From: Octopus vulgaris
Lineage: Eukaryota
Direction: 5' to 3'
Assembly: GCA_951406725.2 (NCBI GenBank)
Contig: OX597834.1
Span: forward strand, 4,526,001 to 4,590,000
DNA: 64,000 nucleotides
Positions 13,780 through 29,216 of the stretch are shown here, piece by piece (the stretch's first letter is position 1; every line of letters begins with the position of its first letter). The notes below the pieces were generated by a model, which was not told where the DNA came from, did no database searches, and saw only the letters and a list, made by a program, of their open reading frames with translations. The position numbers and the translations under genes were made by a program.

Positions 13780-14600
13780 CAAAAGGGAAAACTATCATAA
13801 GAAACGACGCTCGATAAAACGAAATGGAATTTATGAAACAGAGTAGATTCAAATGAAAAAAAAGAGAATACGAAAGCATTAATGAAGAAAAATTGAAATT
13901 CCTAAAACAATTATGAGGGTTTCCTGAGTATGATTTGAGAATTAAGTTGAGAGGAATGCAAAAACGAAAGATATGCTGTCATTACAGTAGCGGAGAAATT
14001 GGGTTCCTAGTCTATGAGGTTCTTAAAAATTTATTACCAGGATTTAAAGCATCTAAAAATCGTCAGAGGTTTTTTTCTAGCAAACCTATCACATCATTAA
14101 AAAAGACCGCTTTCTTCAGGTGTCCCAACTCGCGTATCACTTCAAAAGTTCAAGGCTTCCTAGGCTTACGTGAAAGTTTAATCTATCTCACATTTGACAT
14201 TCAAATAAAGGCATGGATGGCTAAGAGCCTTTTCGAAATGTGGTTCACAAACATTTTTGTCCTGCTCTAATGTCAGATATTGTATTTCTAAAAAGCATTG
14301 ATCTTTTTAGACAATGCATCTAGCCATCATGTAAACTTAAATTAGCTTTCTGATTGTGTGAGAGTAGAATATATTCCCATATCGCATGAATAAAACTTCT
14401 TTGCTCCAACTAATGGATCAAGGTGTGGTAGCTAATTCCAAGGCATATTTATCTGAGAACTTCCACAGAACTTATGAAAGCAATTGACAGGGAGGATAAA
14501 CCTATAGTTAGAGACTTCTGAAAGAAGTTCACCATAATAGATGCTAGGAAGTCAACATGTGAAAGATATTGTGACACTTGCAAATGATGCAGAGTTTCAA
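13780..14600 (+). pseudogene. pogo/Tigger-type DDE transposase remnant
   Basis: FKAS, KAWM..FEMWF, LDNASSH (~14308-14328) and LLQLMDQGVVANSKAY (~14398-14448), in broken frames. Confidence 0.75.
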
Positions 14601-14964
14601 GAATTCATAAAGAATGCTAGGATTTTGTTATTAGTGTCCCAAAGAGAACGTTTATGTAACGAAGAATCTGATACTGCTTAAACAACAGCAAACTGACAAT
14701 GTAAATGACAATATTTTCTCTATAAATCAATAGAAATCTATTTTGTGGGGAATTTTCTCGTCTGAAGAAAGGATTTTCATAATTTTTACGCGCACTATAA
14801 TTTATGGTTGAATATAAAGAAATAAAGCGGTGCCCCAGCATGGCAACAGCCTTAGGGCTGAAACGCATAAAAGAATAAAAGAATAAAGTAGTTACGCCAT
14901 CGAGGCAGAGTGCCGTTGAAGGAGTATTGGTATTTTGAGAATTTCAGGTGGATCTTGCGCTAGT

Positions 14965-15349
14965 TGTGGAAGCACTCCGTCGGTTACGACGATGAGGGTT
15001 CCGGTTGATCCGATCAACGGAACAGCCTGCTCGTGAAATTAACGTGTAAGTTGGCTGAGCACTCCACAGACACGTGTACCCTTAACGTAGTTCTCGGGGA
15101 TATTCAGCGTGACATAGAGAGTGACAAAGGTCGGTCCTTTGAAATACAAGGTACAACAGAAACAGGGAGTAAGAGTGAGAGAAAGTTGTGGTGAAAGAGT
15201 ACAGCAGGGATCACCACCATCCCTTGCCGGAGCCTCGTGGAGCTTTTAGGTGTTTTCGCTCAATAAACACTCACAACGCCCGGTCTGGGAATCGAAACCG
15301 CGATCCTATGACCGCGTGTCCGCTGCCCTAACCACTGGGTCATTGCGCT
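14965..15349 (-). mobile_element. tRNA-derived SINE, family B (near full length)
   Basis: Matches 762-1101 and extends to the 3' tail ...cgtaaccgacggagtgcttcca. Confidence 0.9.
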
Positions 15350-15952
15350 AGTTGTACTCATTACATGACCATATTCAACAAGACATTTTCTAATTTTAAA
15401 TAGCATGAAAATACTTTATTTCACCAGAAAAAGGAAATGCGTTGGAATTCAACGGATTTTCTTTCTAGTCTTATTTCAGTGAACTAGAAATATCTTTAAC
15501 ACGTACAATGTTTTCGAATTGTCGCAGTTTTACCTGTTTTAAATGTTCTGCATATATTACTTTCTTATAGAATTTGATTTAAATCTTTATGTTAATGGTT
15601 TGAGCTTTTACTTATTATTTTTCTCCCCGTTTTCACAATGGTATTCTAAAGCTAACCTTTGAAACAGTTTATTCCTTTCATCTTTACTTTGAATCGTAAT
15701 AGCAACAGCTTTTCTTTAAAACAAACATTCGTGAAGGAAACAAGCGATCTTGGTGTTTATTTTGACGTGTGTTGACATTTTCAGGTGCAGAAATTTAATT
15801 GTATTCCTTCATGATTACGTTTAAGGAGACGTTTTCTAATTCTAAACAGCACGTAACGAATTCTTCTCTCAGGAAAAGGAAATACACTGTAAGTTAACAC
15901 ATTTTCTTTTTGATTTCCTTCATCTTTGCATTAGGGTCAGATTAATAATAAC

Positions 15953-17660
<1,708 letters not shown>

Positions 17661-17914
17661 TAGTTATTGCTATTATAGTCATTCAGTTTGATTTGTTTTC
17701 TAAGCTAGTTGATCTTGTCATGCGAATCTGCATATTTTTTATCTGTTGAAGGACGCAGTTCAGTAGTAAACTCCATACTGAGAATGCTGATTACCCGAAG
17801 AAATGCTTGCTACATGAGGTATAAAAACAAAGTGATATTAACAAGATTAAGGAGGAAATTAAAATTCACTCTACGTATCCACAAGAATAGATTACCTGAT
17901 AGAAATATGCACAG

Positions 17915-18303
17915 TGAAATGCGTAGCCGTATTTCGTCTGCCGTTACGTTCTGAGTTCAAATTCCGCTGAGGTCGACTTTGCCTTTCATCCTTTCGGGGT
18001 AGATAAATTAAGTACCAGTTACGCACTGGGGTCGATATAATATCGACTTAATCCGTTTGTCTGTCCTTGTTTATCCTCTCTGTGTTTAGCCTCTTGTGGG
18101 TAGAAAAGAAATAGGCATTTCGTCTGCCGCTACGTTCTGAGTTAAAATTCCGCCGAGGTCGACTTTACCCTTCATCCTTTCGGGGTCGATTAAAGAAGTA
18201 CCAGTTACGCACTGGAGTCGATATAATCGACTTAATCTGTTTGTCTGTCCCTTGTTTGTCCTCTCTGTGTGTAGCCCCTCTGTGGGTAGTAAAGAAATAG
18301 GTA
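17915..18303 (+). mobile_element. SINE family C dimer (5'-truncated)
   Basis: Two tandem bodies joined at aaagaaatagg(c/t)atttcgtctgccg. Confidence 0.88.
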
Positions 18304-19264
18304 CGGCCTAAGACCAAGTTTTGATTTCTGAAAAATCTTATTCACTTCATTATTCATACTGATTTCTACATAACCCCCCATCCCCAAAGTGCTACTTTTA
18401 CAAAGTACTGTTTACCTTGTATGTGAGAAATCACGTGTGAAATATTTAACAGATGCTTTATACCTGGAGGATATGCAGCATAATTTTTGTCCAGTTTCAG
18501 TTTAGAACCTTTTTTCAAATTACCAAACGTTCACGAATCGTCACAAAATAAAATGCGTAAAATGGAAGATGACAACTTAATTTGAAGGAATATTTGTTCA
18601 TGTGTGTTCATACGTGTTTTCAAATGTTCTATTTTAGTTGTATTTTCCTGTTCGTTTAACAGCTGTTTCTAAAATTCATGTTTTTATATTGTGTGCTGTT
18701 CAAATTAGCATGAAATTAAAACAGAACAACGTATTTCTTTCAAAATGTATTTAGATACAGATACATCTCACTTCCTCAAAGAAACGGACAACCTGTGCCA
18801 CAAACAGCAACAATACGTGGAATAGAAAAATGCAATATTCAATATATGATTTTGATTACACCAGGAGGAACAAAGATATTGCAGAAAAGAAGTATTAAAA
18901 AAAGCACGAATTACGAAGTGAGATACTGAAACCATTTTTATGGTGCATATCTACTGTAAAACCAACGGCTTGTCTCGACAAGACTTGTATGATAATTTCT
19001 GGTATTCATGTAATTTCAACGGCGTTGGAAACCTAATAGAAACCTTGTTGCCAATTAGAATTTTTTCAGGATTAAAAATACAGGAATTACTTTACATTAT
19101 TTAAATAAAATAGTGCAAGCAAATGTTTTCTGTGTACGATTATAGCTTTTAAACCAAGATCAGAAATATATCAGAAATTATTGCGCTTTAGATTTATGCG
19201 TAGCATTTTTACTACTTTTTACAAGTCCTAATTCTTCTCAGCAAACAACAGTCATACAGACTGT

Positions 19265-19409
19265 CTTCTTCTTCTTCTTCTTCTTCTTCTTCTTCTTCTT
19301 CTTCTTCTTCTTCTTCTTCTTCTTCTTCTTCTTCTTCTTCTTCTTCTTCTTCTTCTTCTTCTTCTTCTTCTTCTTCTTCTTCTTCTTCTTCTTCTTCTTC
19401 TTCTTCTTC
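19265..19409. repeat. (CTT)n microsatellite
   Basis: Direct reading. Confidence 0.95.
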
Positions 19410-19728
19410 GCCGCTGCCACCTTCCTCGGCTACTACTGCTATTTAAACAGTCAAAACCAAGAACTCATATCAAATATTCTTTTAGGATTGGTATACTTAC
19501 TGCCTTCACAAGAGTAAAAAAAAGAGAGAGAAAGACAGACAGAAAAAAGGAAAATGTCCCTTGTATTGGAAGACAAGGGAAATATTTTAAAAAGTTTTCC
19601 GCTATTTAATTGTTTTTCATACTTTACTCTAAGTTGAAAAAGTCGCAACCGGTACTAAAATGTTCTTCATGATAAAATTATTTTAACATTTTCTACCTTG
19701 TCTTATTTTCCTTTTATATATATATATA

Positions 19729-20111
19729 TCTCTCTCTATATAAACGGCAGTTTGTCTGTGCGTTTTCTGTGTGTCTGTTTTCTCGTACCCTCACTCTGAC
19801 CACGGCTTTCAACCGATTCTGATGAAACTTGACACACACATAGCCCAATGTCATAATTCAAAACTAACGCAGCGAAAATTTTGAAAAGTTCCCCCAGTTC
19901 TGAAAAAAATCGATAAATTCGACATGGGGTCGAGAATCAGAAACCCAAACCACAGACCGTCTAGGGGACGCAACTCCACCTTTTTTAACTCTCAAAAAAA
20001 TTTACCATCATTTTTTTTCCATTTTTTTGCTATTTTTTGGCTATAACTCTCTAAAAATGCTTTATAGTTATTTCCCTTACAAACCTGAGCAACGCCGGGC
20101 GATACTGCTAG
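19729..20111 (+). mobile_element. Non-autonomous Helitron
   Basis: 5' TC, subterminal hairpin-like cctgagcaacgccggg, 3' CTAG, inserted between A and T in a TA tract. Confidence 0.75.
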
Positions 20112-20120
20112 TATATATAT

Positions 20121-20327
20121 AACGGGAAGCTTTATGAAAATAGACAAAAGACGAAGGCAGGTTTACGGAAATAAACAAAAGACGAAGGCAGGTGGAATAC
20201 AAACAAACAATTGTGTTAGTATGGCGCTCAGGAAATATAAATAAAACAAGTCTTTAACGTTTCGAGCCTACGCTCTTCAACAGAAAGATACACAGAGAAA
20301 AAACACAGAAAGAAGGAGAGAAAAAAA
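20121..20327 (-). mobile_element. Truncated copy of the same pLTR-like family, with a minimal HHR at 20251-20288
   Basis: Minus strand TCTTTCTGTTGAAGAGCGTAGGCTCGAAACGTTAAAGA. Same 3' tail as 30690-30784. Flanked by TA repeats. Confidence 0.6.
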
Positions 20328-20679
20328 ATATATATATATACACGCACACTCACACACACATATATCATACGTGCATATGTGTGCGTGTGTGTAAATTATT
20401 TGTTCGTTCCAAATGACTTTGATTTTTTACGTACTCCTAATCTAGCGGTTCGGGCAAAATTAACGACAAAATAAGTGGTGTGTTCTGTTTACTCGACAAA
20501 ACAATTTGAAGATGGTTCACCAGAATAGTCGCACTTCACTGATTAAAACAAACGAATAAAACAATAAATGAATATATGTAATTGCTAATTTTCTTCATGT
20601 AATTTGAACGGGATTTCAGGAATTATAACCAGGAAACATTTAAGGGGTGTTTGATAATAATATTTGAGTGAAATTTATT

Positions 20680-20847
20680 GCAGGAGTGGCTGTGTGGTAA
20701 GTAGCTTGCTTACGAACCACATGGTTTTGGGTTCAGTCCCACTGCGTGGCACCTTGGGCAAGTGTCTTCTACTATAGCCTCGGGCCGACCAAAGCCTTGG
20801 TAGACGGAAACTGAAAGAAGCCCGTCGTATATATGTATGTGTATATA

Positions 20848-20890
<43 letters not shown>

Positions 20891-21140
20891 ATGTGTGTGT
20901 GTGTGTGTGTGTATGTATATGCATGTGTGTGAATATGTTTGTGTGTCTGTGTTTGTCCCTTGACAACCGATGCTGGTGTGTTTATGTCCCTGTAACTTAG
21001 CGGTTCGGCAAAAGAGACCGATAGAATAAGTGCCAGGCTTACAAAGAATATGTCCTGGGGTCGATTTGGTCGACTAAAGGCGGTGCTCCAGCATGGCCGC
21101 AATCAAATGACTGAAACAAGTAAAATAGTAAAAGAGAGAG
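20680..21140 (+). mobile_element. SINE family A
   Basis: Same head, internal (TA)(TG) tract and tail as the other copies. Confidence 0.88.
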
Positions 21141-21593
21141 AGAGCATACTAAGGAAAATCTGAACTCCTAGTGAAGACCACCACAACTATGATACATGTT
21201 ATGCAACCTGTAATGTAGGACTGGTTGTAGTCATTGATCCCGAAGTGAACCTCTGCACTATCGCCCTGACTTAGTAAATTCGTTCATTGAAGATATATCA
21301 ATGGAAAGTTCATTAGCCAAAAGACAAATTAGTGGAAAGGCATATTTACAGAGAAAACTGATTTGTAAAAAAAAACACATGTTCATAGGATAACAAAGTG
21401 GCGAAAAGAAAAACCAATCGATAACACTGTCCTAAATTTCACCGAAATTGTAATATTTTAGAAAAGAAACAAAATATTGCGGACGTTTGTTTATCATTAA
21501 ATCATCTTTCATAATGCTTTGTGTTGCCATGGTATTGTAGGTAAGAGATAAAAGGAAACAAGAAATCCATGCGAGTGAAACTATACAGTTACG

Positions 21594-21807
21594 CTTTACT
21601 CTCTTTTACTCTTTTCAGTCATTTGACTGCGGCCATGCTGGAGCACCGCCTTTAATCGAGCAACTCGACCCCGGGACTTATTCTTTTGTAAGCCCAGTAC
21701 TTATTCTATCGGTCTCTTTTGCCGAACCGCTAAGTAACGGGGACATAAACACACAAGCATCGGTTGTGAAGCAATGCTGGGGGACAAACACAGACACACA
21801 AACACAC

Positions 21808-21838
<31 letters not shown>

Positions 21839-22005
21839 CATATATACGACAGGCTTCTTTCAGTTTCCGTCTACCAAATCCACTCACAAGGCTTTGGTTG
21901 GCCCGAGGCTATAGTAGAAGATACTTGCCCAAGGTGCCACGCCATGGGACTGAACCCGGAACCATGTGGTTGGTAAACAAGCTACTTACCACACAGCCAC
22001 TTCCT
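21594..22005 (-). mobile_element. SINE family A
   Basis: Full-length homology to the other copies. Confidence 0.88.
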
Positions 22006-22432
22006 GTTAAAAACATGAAAATATATAATTGTAGTCTAAACTTGTCAAAAAGTGGTGAGAGTAATTTTCCGTCAGAAAAATATTCACCTTTCCAAGGAAT
22101 CAATTACAGTAACAAAATGTCGTGTTTGTTTATCGAATAAAGCAAGCTGAGGTCATTTGTGAAAAGTGCTAGAAACGACTGACTGCCGATGGCTTACAAA
22201 TTGATGTATGATGCAGAAGCACTAAGAACTGAAGGTTACCGTTTTTTTTTTAGTTCAGACTTTGATAACTCGATCAGCGTTATATTCGTTATATTCGAAT
22301 ATTCCATATTCGAATATTCGAATATTCCATGAATATTCCTCATCAGAGTGACCTCTTGTTCAATGACTGTTCCACCAGCTGAGAGCATGTACATTAATCA
22401 GTAGTTGTTAGAGGTGTTGTCATTACAAAATG

Positions 22433-22930
<498 letters not shown>

Positions 22931-23436
22931 AAAATGAGCAAGTTGATAGACATCCAGCAAGTGGATCAGAGTACACATCGCATAGGTAAGTCACGGTCAA
23001 GGGTTTGAAAATTGTTAACTTTTTCAATTAAAGAATCAGTTAATTCTCCTGCCACTGATGCTGTTGTTGTTGTTGTTGTTGTTATTAAGCAACAAAACGG
23101 TAAGGGTGATTAGGTGATGGTCTAAGGCCTAGGGGCGGGAGACCCCAAACCTTGGTAAAAAAAAAAACTTTGGTCGTCTTGTTGTAGTGGAGGGCCCTTC
23201 TTTGACGCCCGACACCACTGGGAGGTGGCCCTCGAAGTCGCTGGAAATAGAGATCTCCAGGTCCAAATTCTTGGACGGCTGCTGTTGCTGCTGCTATCGT
23301 GGCATTTAATAAAACTACTGCCACAACTGCTACAACTGTCACTAGTATGTGCAGCAGTACCAACGTCTTTCCCGTTCTTCACCACCATCAAAACCACAAT
23401 TACCACCACAACTATTAATGCTTTAATTAGAAGGAA

Positions 23437-23846
23437 CTCTTTTACTCTTTTACTTGTTTCAGTCATGTGACTGTGGCCATGCTGGAGCACCGTCTTTAGT
23501 CGATCAAATCGACCCCAGGACTTATTCTTTGTAAGCCTAGTACTTATTTTATCGGTCTCTTTTTGCCGAACCGCAAAGTTACGGGGACGTGGCACACCAA
23601 CATCGGTTGTCAAGCGGTGTTGGGGGGACAAACACAGACACACAAACACGCACATACACACATATATATATATATATATACATATATACGACGGGCTTCT
23701 TTCAGTTTCCGTCTACCAAATCCATTCACAAGGCTTTGGTCGGCCCGGGGCTATAGTAGAAGACACCTGCCCGAGGTGCCACACAGTGGGACTGGACCCG
23801 GAACTATGCGGTTGGTAAGCAAGCTACTTACCACACAGCCACTCCT
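23437..23846 (-). mobile_element. SINE family A
   Basis: Full-length homology. Confidence 0.88.
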
Positions 23847-24163
23847 AAAGTCAGAGCTGAAAGTGTTGTTACCATTATGAGGGAATTTCGAATCTTTGTT
23901 GTTGCGGTTACTGTGGCTTTTGTCGTAGAGGATTTTATTAAGTTTCAGACCGTTTGATACTTTGGGTTTAATTTAACCAATATGCACCAGTTGTGCGGTT
24001 CTATATTCCCTGGTTACATTAACTTTTTGTTCTCTGTGTTGTCTGTGATGTGGTTTTAAATGTGTGTAACAGCAGTCTTAACCATTTCATTCAACTGGTT
24101 ATTTCTGATTTCTCTCCAAATGTTGTTGTTGTTGTTGTTGTTGTTGTTTCATTAACAGTATAT

Positions 24164-24586
24164 AGGCGCAGGAGTGGCTTTGTGGTAAGTAGCTTGTTTA
24201 CCAACCACAAGGTTCCGAGTTCAGTCCCACTGCGTGGTACCTTGGGCAAGTGTCTTCTACTATAGCCTCGGGCCGACCAATGCCTTGTGAGTGGATTTGG
24301 TAGACGGAAACTGAAAGAAGCCCGTCGTATACATGTATATATATATATGTATGTGTGCGTGTATGTTTGTGTGTCTGTGTTTGTCCCCCTCGCATTGCTT
24401 GACAATCAATGCTGGTGTGTTTACGTCCCCATCACTTAGCGGCTCGGCAAAAGAGACCGATAGAATAAGTACTGGGCTTACAAAGAATAAGTCCCAGGGA
24501 TCGAATTGCTCGATTAAAGGCGGTGCTCCAGCATGGCCGCAGTCAAATGACTGAAACAAGTAAAAGAGTAAAAGAGAGTAAAGAGT
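24164..24586 (+). mobile_element. SINE family A
   Basis: Full-length homology. Confidence 0.88.
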
Positions 24587-25314
24587 ATGTTTGCCTTACT
24601 AATGTATGTGTAGCGTACCTCGTATGCATGTGGTTGTGGATATGTGTATGTTGATATTACAAAATCAATACTCAGATTTTTGAAATGTTTTTTGGGGGGA
24701 AAAGATAAAGAAAGCAGAACTTAACTCACATTTCTTTAAAGTTTTAGAATGGAATTTATTTGTGGCGCCTTTTATAACATGTCGACTTTTTCAATACGTT
24801 GTTTTAGAATAACGAAGACAGGCGAAATATAACGAACATATTTCTTTCAAAAAAGAAAAGAAAAGGTTATTTCATAGATGCCGAAGACTTAAGGAAAATA
24901 CCACGTTATATATATATATATACATATACAAACATACAGACATCCGCGTGTGTTTCTGTGTATCTATACTTTATTGAAAAGTGTTACGTAACTCAGTATT
25001 GTACACTGCAGGTATTGGAAGTTATTCCGTATGCTGTCATATATCATATTCAGTGTGTATCCACGCGGGAGGATACAGCATTATACGATACTTACATAGA
25101 TAACAGCTTTGCATAATTTTGACTCTTGTACTTGTGGGAGCTGACAAACATACAGCCACGCACAAAAGCTTAGAGAGACGACGGGTTACGTGTGCATGTA
25201 GTTGTATCCAGAGTTGCTGTGGGCGGCAAGCGATATGCTTGCCTGTGCATGAATATGGCTGGTAAAGAATATCTGGGATTGCATGTGTATACATAGAAAT
25301 GATTTTATTTCATA

Positions 25315-25520
25315 CTAGCAGTATCGCCCGGCGTAGCTCGGGTTTGTAAGGGAAATAACTATATAAGCATTTTTAGAGAGTTATAGCCAAAAAATAGCAA
25401 AAAATGCATTAAAAATGGAAAAAAAAATGATGGTAATTTTTTTTTAAAAATCGTTGACTCAACGTAGACATTTTCAGAGAGTTACTTCCTTATATAATAG
25501 CGAAAAAATGTATTAAAATG
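25315..25520 (-). mobile_element. Helitron 3' end (same family)
   Basis: a|CTAGCAGTATCGCCCGGCGTAGCTCGGG is the reverse complement of the 20111 terminus. Confidence 0.75.
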
Positions 25521-25747
25521 TTGTTTACGGTTGTGTGACTCTGTGCGTGTGTGCATCCAAATGTGAAGTATGTGGGTGAATATCTATACATATACGTGTG
25601 TGCTTTTGTGTAGACATGTATGTGTACATATGTGTATATCTATACATGTGGCCCAGCACGCTTTGAATAACTCTGATTTACAGATCTGTTTGCAAGGTAA
25701 GTGCTGGATAACATGTCTGCCAAGCTACTTTTCGTTAGGCATAAATA

Positions 25748-26064
25748 CCTATATCTTTGCTACCCACAAGGGGCTAAACACAGAAGGGACGCACAAGGAC
25801 AGACAAACGGATTAAGTCGATTATATCGACCCCAGTGCGTAACTGGTACTTATTTAATCGACCCCGAAAGGATGAAAGGCAAAGTCGACCTCGGCGGAAT
25901 TTGAACACAGAACGTAAAGACCGACGAAACACCGCTTAGCATTTCGCCCGGCGTGCTAACGTTTCTGCCAGCTCGCCGCCTTTGCCAGCTCGCCGCCTTT
26001 GCCAGCTCGCCGCCTTTGCCAGCTCGCCGCCTTTGCCAGCTCGTCGCCTTTGCCAGCTCGCCGC
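25748..26064 (-). mobile_element. SINE family C with six tandem 17-bp copies of its 5' end
   Basis: GCCAGCTCGCCGCCTTT repeated from 25967 to 26064. Confidence 0.88.
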
Positions 26065-26299
26065 AAAACCGTCAAGACAGAGAAGTCTACAAACCAGTGA
26101 TGTCAAACTCGTTTCCTCCATTTTTCTCAGTTATATATATGTAGGTGTGGCATGTATGTCAGTGTGTGTGATGAAGGGATGCCTAAATATTTTCTTCTCT
26201 TAACACTATCCTATTATCTTTGTCTTTGATACCTTTTATTCTGCTGTACCACCTTGCTTTTAATAAGCACAACAATTAATATTGAGACTGTTAATATTC

Positions 26300-26685
26300 T
26301 TTTCTACTCTAGGCACAAGGCCTGACATTTTTTGGGAGGGGGCCAGTTGATTAGATCGACCCCAGTACGTAACTGGTACTTAATTCATCGACCCCGAAAG
26401 GATGAAAGGCAAAAATCGACCCCGGCGGAATTTGAACTCAGAACGTAGCGGCAGACGAAATACCGCTAAGCATTTCGCCCGACGTGCTAACGTTTCTGTC
26501 AGCTTGCCGCCTTATTGAGGTTGTTAATATTGATTAAGCGTTCTGAATTCAAATACCGCCGGGGTTCGACTTTGTCATTCATTATTTCAAGGTAAAGAAA
26601 ATAAGTAGCAGTTGAGCACTGGGGTCGATATAATCGACTTATCCTTGTCCCGAAATTACTGGCCTGGTGTTAAAATTTGAAACCA
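26300..26685. mobile_element. Two divergently oriented SINE family C variants (26300-26513 minus, 26537-26685 plus)
   Basis: Same central gtcgac..ttcatcctttcggggtcga domain, with an alternative 3' tail (ggccttgtgcc). Confidence 0.75.
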
Positions 26686-26782
26686 GCAGCAAGTGTGCTA
26701 ATCTTTTTGAGCCCCAGTCAGCTTGTGCAACAGTGTTCAGTTTGCGGAAAAGCGTGTATGTTATACAAAGCTTAAAACAGGA

Positions 26783-26933
26783 AGAAAGGGTGAGAGAAAG
26801 AGTACACCAGGATTTGCCGCCAGCCCCTGCCAGAGCCTCGTGGAGGTTTTAGGTATTTTCGCTCAATAAACACTCACAACGTGATCCTACGACTACGGGT
26901 CCGCTGCCCCAACCACTAGGCCATTGCGCCTCC
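26783..26933 (-). mobile_element. SINE family B, partial and internally deleted
   Basis: Contains gagcctcgtgg..ttttcgctcaataaacactcacaacg..ccattgcgcctcca. Confidence 0.8.
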
Positions 26934-27825
26934 ACACACACACACACACAGTTTGTATGTGTGTATATATATATATGTATATATGTCAGTATGCTAAGGT
27001 ATTGTATGTATGTATGTATGTATGTATGTATGTATGTATGTATGTATGTATGTATGTATGTATGTGTGTGTGTGTGTCTGCGTATCAATCTAATTCCAGC
27101 AGTTGAATATTTACATTTTATTCATAATTTTTTTTTGCATTTCTATTAATAATTTCTCGTTTTCTAGAACAAGAATCATGTGAATGTTTATATATAAAAA
27201 AACCCCGGTTATATCTAAATAAATATTTACTGAGGAATTGTATCTATGTGAATATTTAAGTGTATCTTTGTGAATATTTAAATGAATATTCACTAAAATA
27301 TTCAGATAAATATTCACCTTGGTATAGTTGCTATGTAAATATTTATCCAGATGTAATCGATTTTTTTAAAAATAAGCATTCACCTGCTGGTTGTTGTACA
27401 ACATTAAATTAATCGTGGAAAGGCAAAAACAAAAATTAAATCATCGAAGAGAACTAAAAATTTATATACTGATGACTGCGTCCATCATTAGAATATAACT
27501 ACGTGCATTTCTGTTAGTATTAAAAATACAGTAAATCATAAGTGTAGTTGAATGAATCATAATTATTTGCAAATAATTAGTTTCTTTGATTATAGAAAAA
27601 CACAATATAAAGGAGACACATAAAGGAAATTAGAAGCAAGTAAAAGCGTAATGAGTACAACATTTTAGATATTATGTTTGGGAAGTTGTATAAATCATAA
27701 ACGACTCTGTTACGTTTGTTTCTGATAAACTTCAAAGGGAGGAACATCTATTGTAGATTATTGGTTGTTGTATATTAATCCAAAAATGTTTTTTTCAACT
27801 ACGAGTATGTCAGCAATTTGGAGAA

Positions 27826-27881
<56 letters not shown>

Positions 27882-27966
27882 CCATGGGCTCTTAAGGAGC
27901 GTCCTCGTTCGAATTGCTTTGCTGCGCCTCTGTTTTGTTTTGTTCTGTCAACGTAATTCCTGCTTT

Positions 27967-28046
27967 TTCCTGAAGAGAAAGCTGCAATATGGTATCCTTA
28001 TTTAATCAGAATTTGGAAAATTGTGGCCTTTGAAACATGTGTAGAA
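27967..28046 (+). ncRNA. Type I hammerhead ribozyme with extended stem II
   Basis: TTC-CTGAAGA-GAAAGCTGCAAT..31nt..ATTGTGGCCTTT-GAAAC ATGT GTA^GAA, followed by AATAAA. The element lies between (TA)n tracts. Confidence 0.7.
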
Positions 28047-28100
28047 TGTAATAAAAGGAATTCTGTACAATCTTCGTTCAACTCCATTTCTTCCATTCAC

Positions 28101-28156
<56 letters not shown>

Positions 28157-28629
28157 TAAAGGAATTTTGTTAACATCTTCGTTCGACTCCATTCTTTCAT
28201 TTATTCATATACAACACACAAATTTCTACACATGAACCCGGAGTTTCTACCCTTGACAGGTCGCTTCAACCGTGTTTTCTGACGTGAATTTGCTACCCAG
28301 GTTTCGGTTAAACGAATTTTCCATGCTGACGATAAACATAGGATAATTCATTCACCTACTTAAATATATATATATATATCTTACACTGAGTATGAAAGAA
28401 GAGAACAATACTATTTTCCAAATAGTTTGGTGCCTATTATAAGAGAGTAAATCTGAATGAAAATTTAGGAAGAGAATTATTATTTAGTGGGTACAACGTT
28501 CACGTATGATATTTAGCCTTCATATTGGTACATTTGGTTTCCGTTTTTGAACAAATGTTTGTATAAAGCGTTCTATAACTGAAACGTGTAGCAACAAATA
28601 TCGTGATACTAAATATATTCTACTGAATA

Positions 28630-29127
28630 TACTCTTACTCTTTTACTTGTTTCAGTCATTTGACTGCGGCCAAGCTGGAGCACCGCCTTTAATCGAGCAA
28701 CTCGACCCCGGGACTTATTCTTTTGTAAGCCCAGTACTTATTCTATCGGTGTCTTTTGCCGAACCGCTAAGTAACGGAGACGCAAACACACCAGCATCGG
28801 TTGTCAAGCAATGCTAGGGGGACAAACACAGACACACAAACACACACACATATATATATATACATATATACGACAGGCTTCTTTCAGTTTCCGTCTACCA
28901 AATCCACTCACAAGGCATTGGTCGCCCGGGGCTATAGCAGAAGACACTTGCCCAAGATGCCACGCAGTGGGACTGAACCCGAACCATGTGGTTGGTTAGC
29001 AAGCTACTTACCACACAGCCACTCCTGTATATTATATATATATATATTTTTTACATGTTTCAGTCGGGGACATAAACACACCAGCATCGGTTCTCAAGCA
29101 ATGCTAGGGGGACAAATACAGACACAC

Positions 29128-29216
<89 letters not shown>

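Noticed and set aside
22284-22340. Clustered GAATATTC units resembling a heat-shock element
   Set aside because: Spacing does not give three contiguous alternating nGAAn units; it looks like slippage duplication.
28580-28596. GAAACGTGTAGCAAC half-hammerhead
   Set aside because: No matching CTGANGA with a complementary stem I arm upstream.
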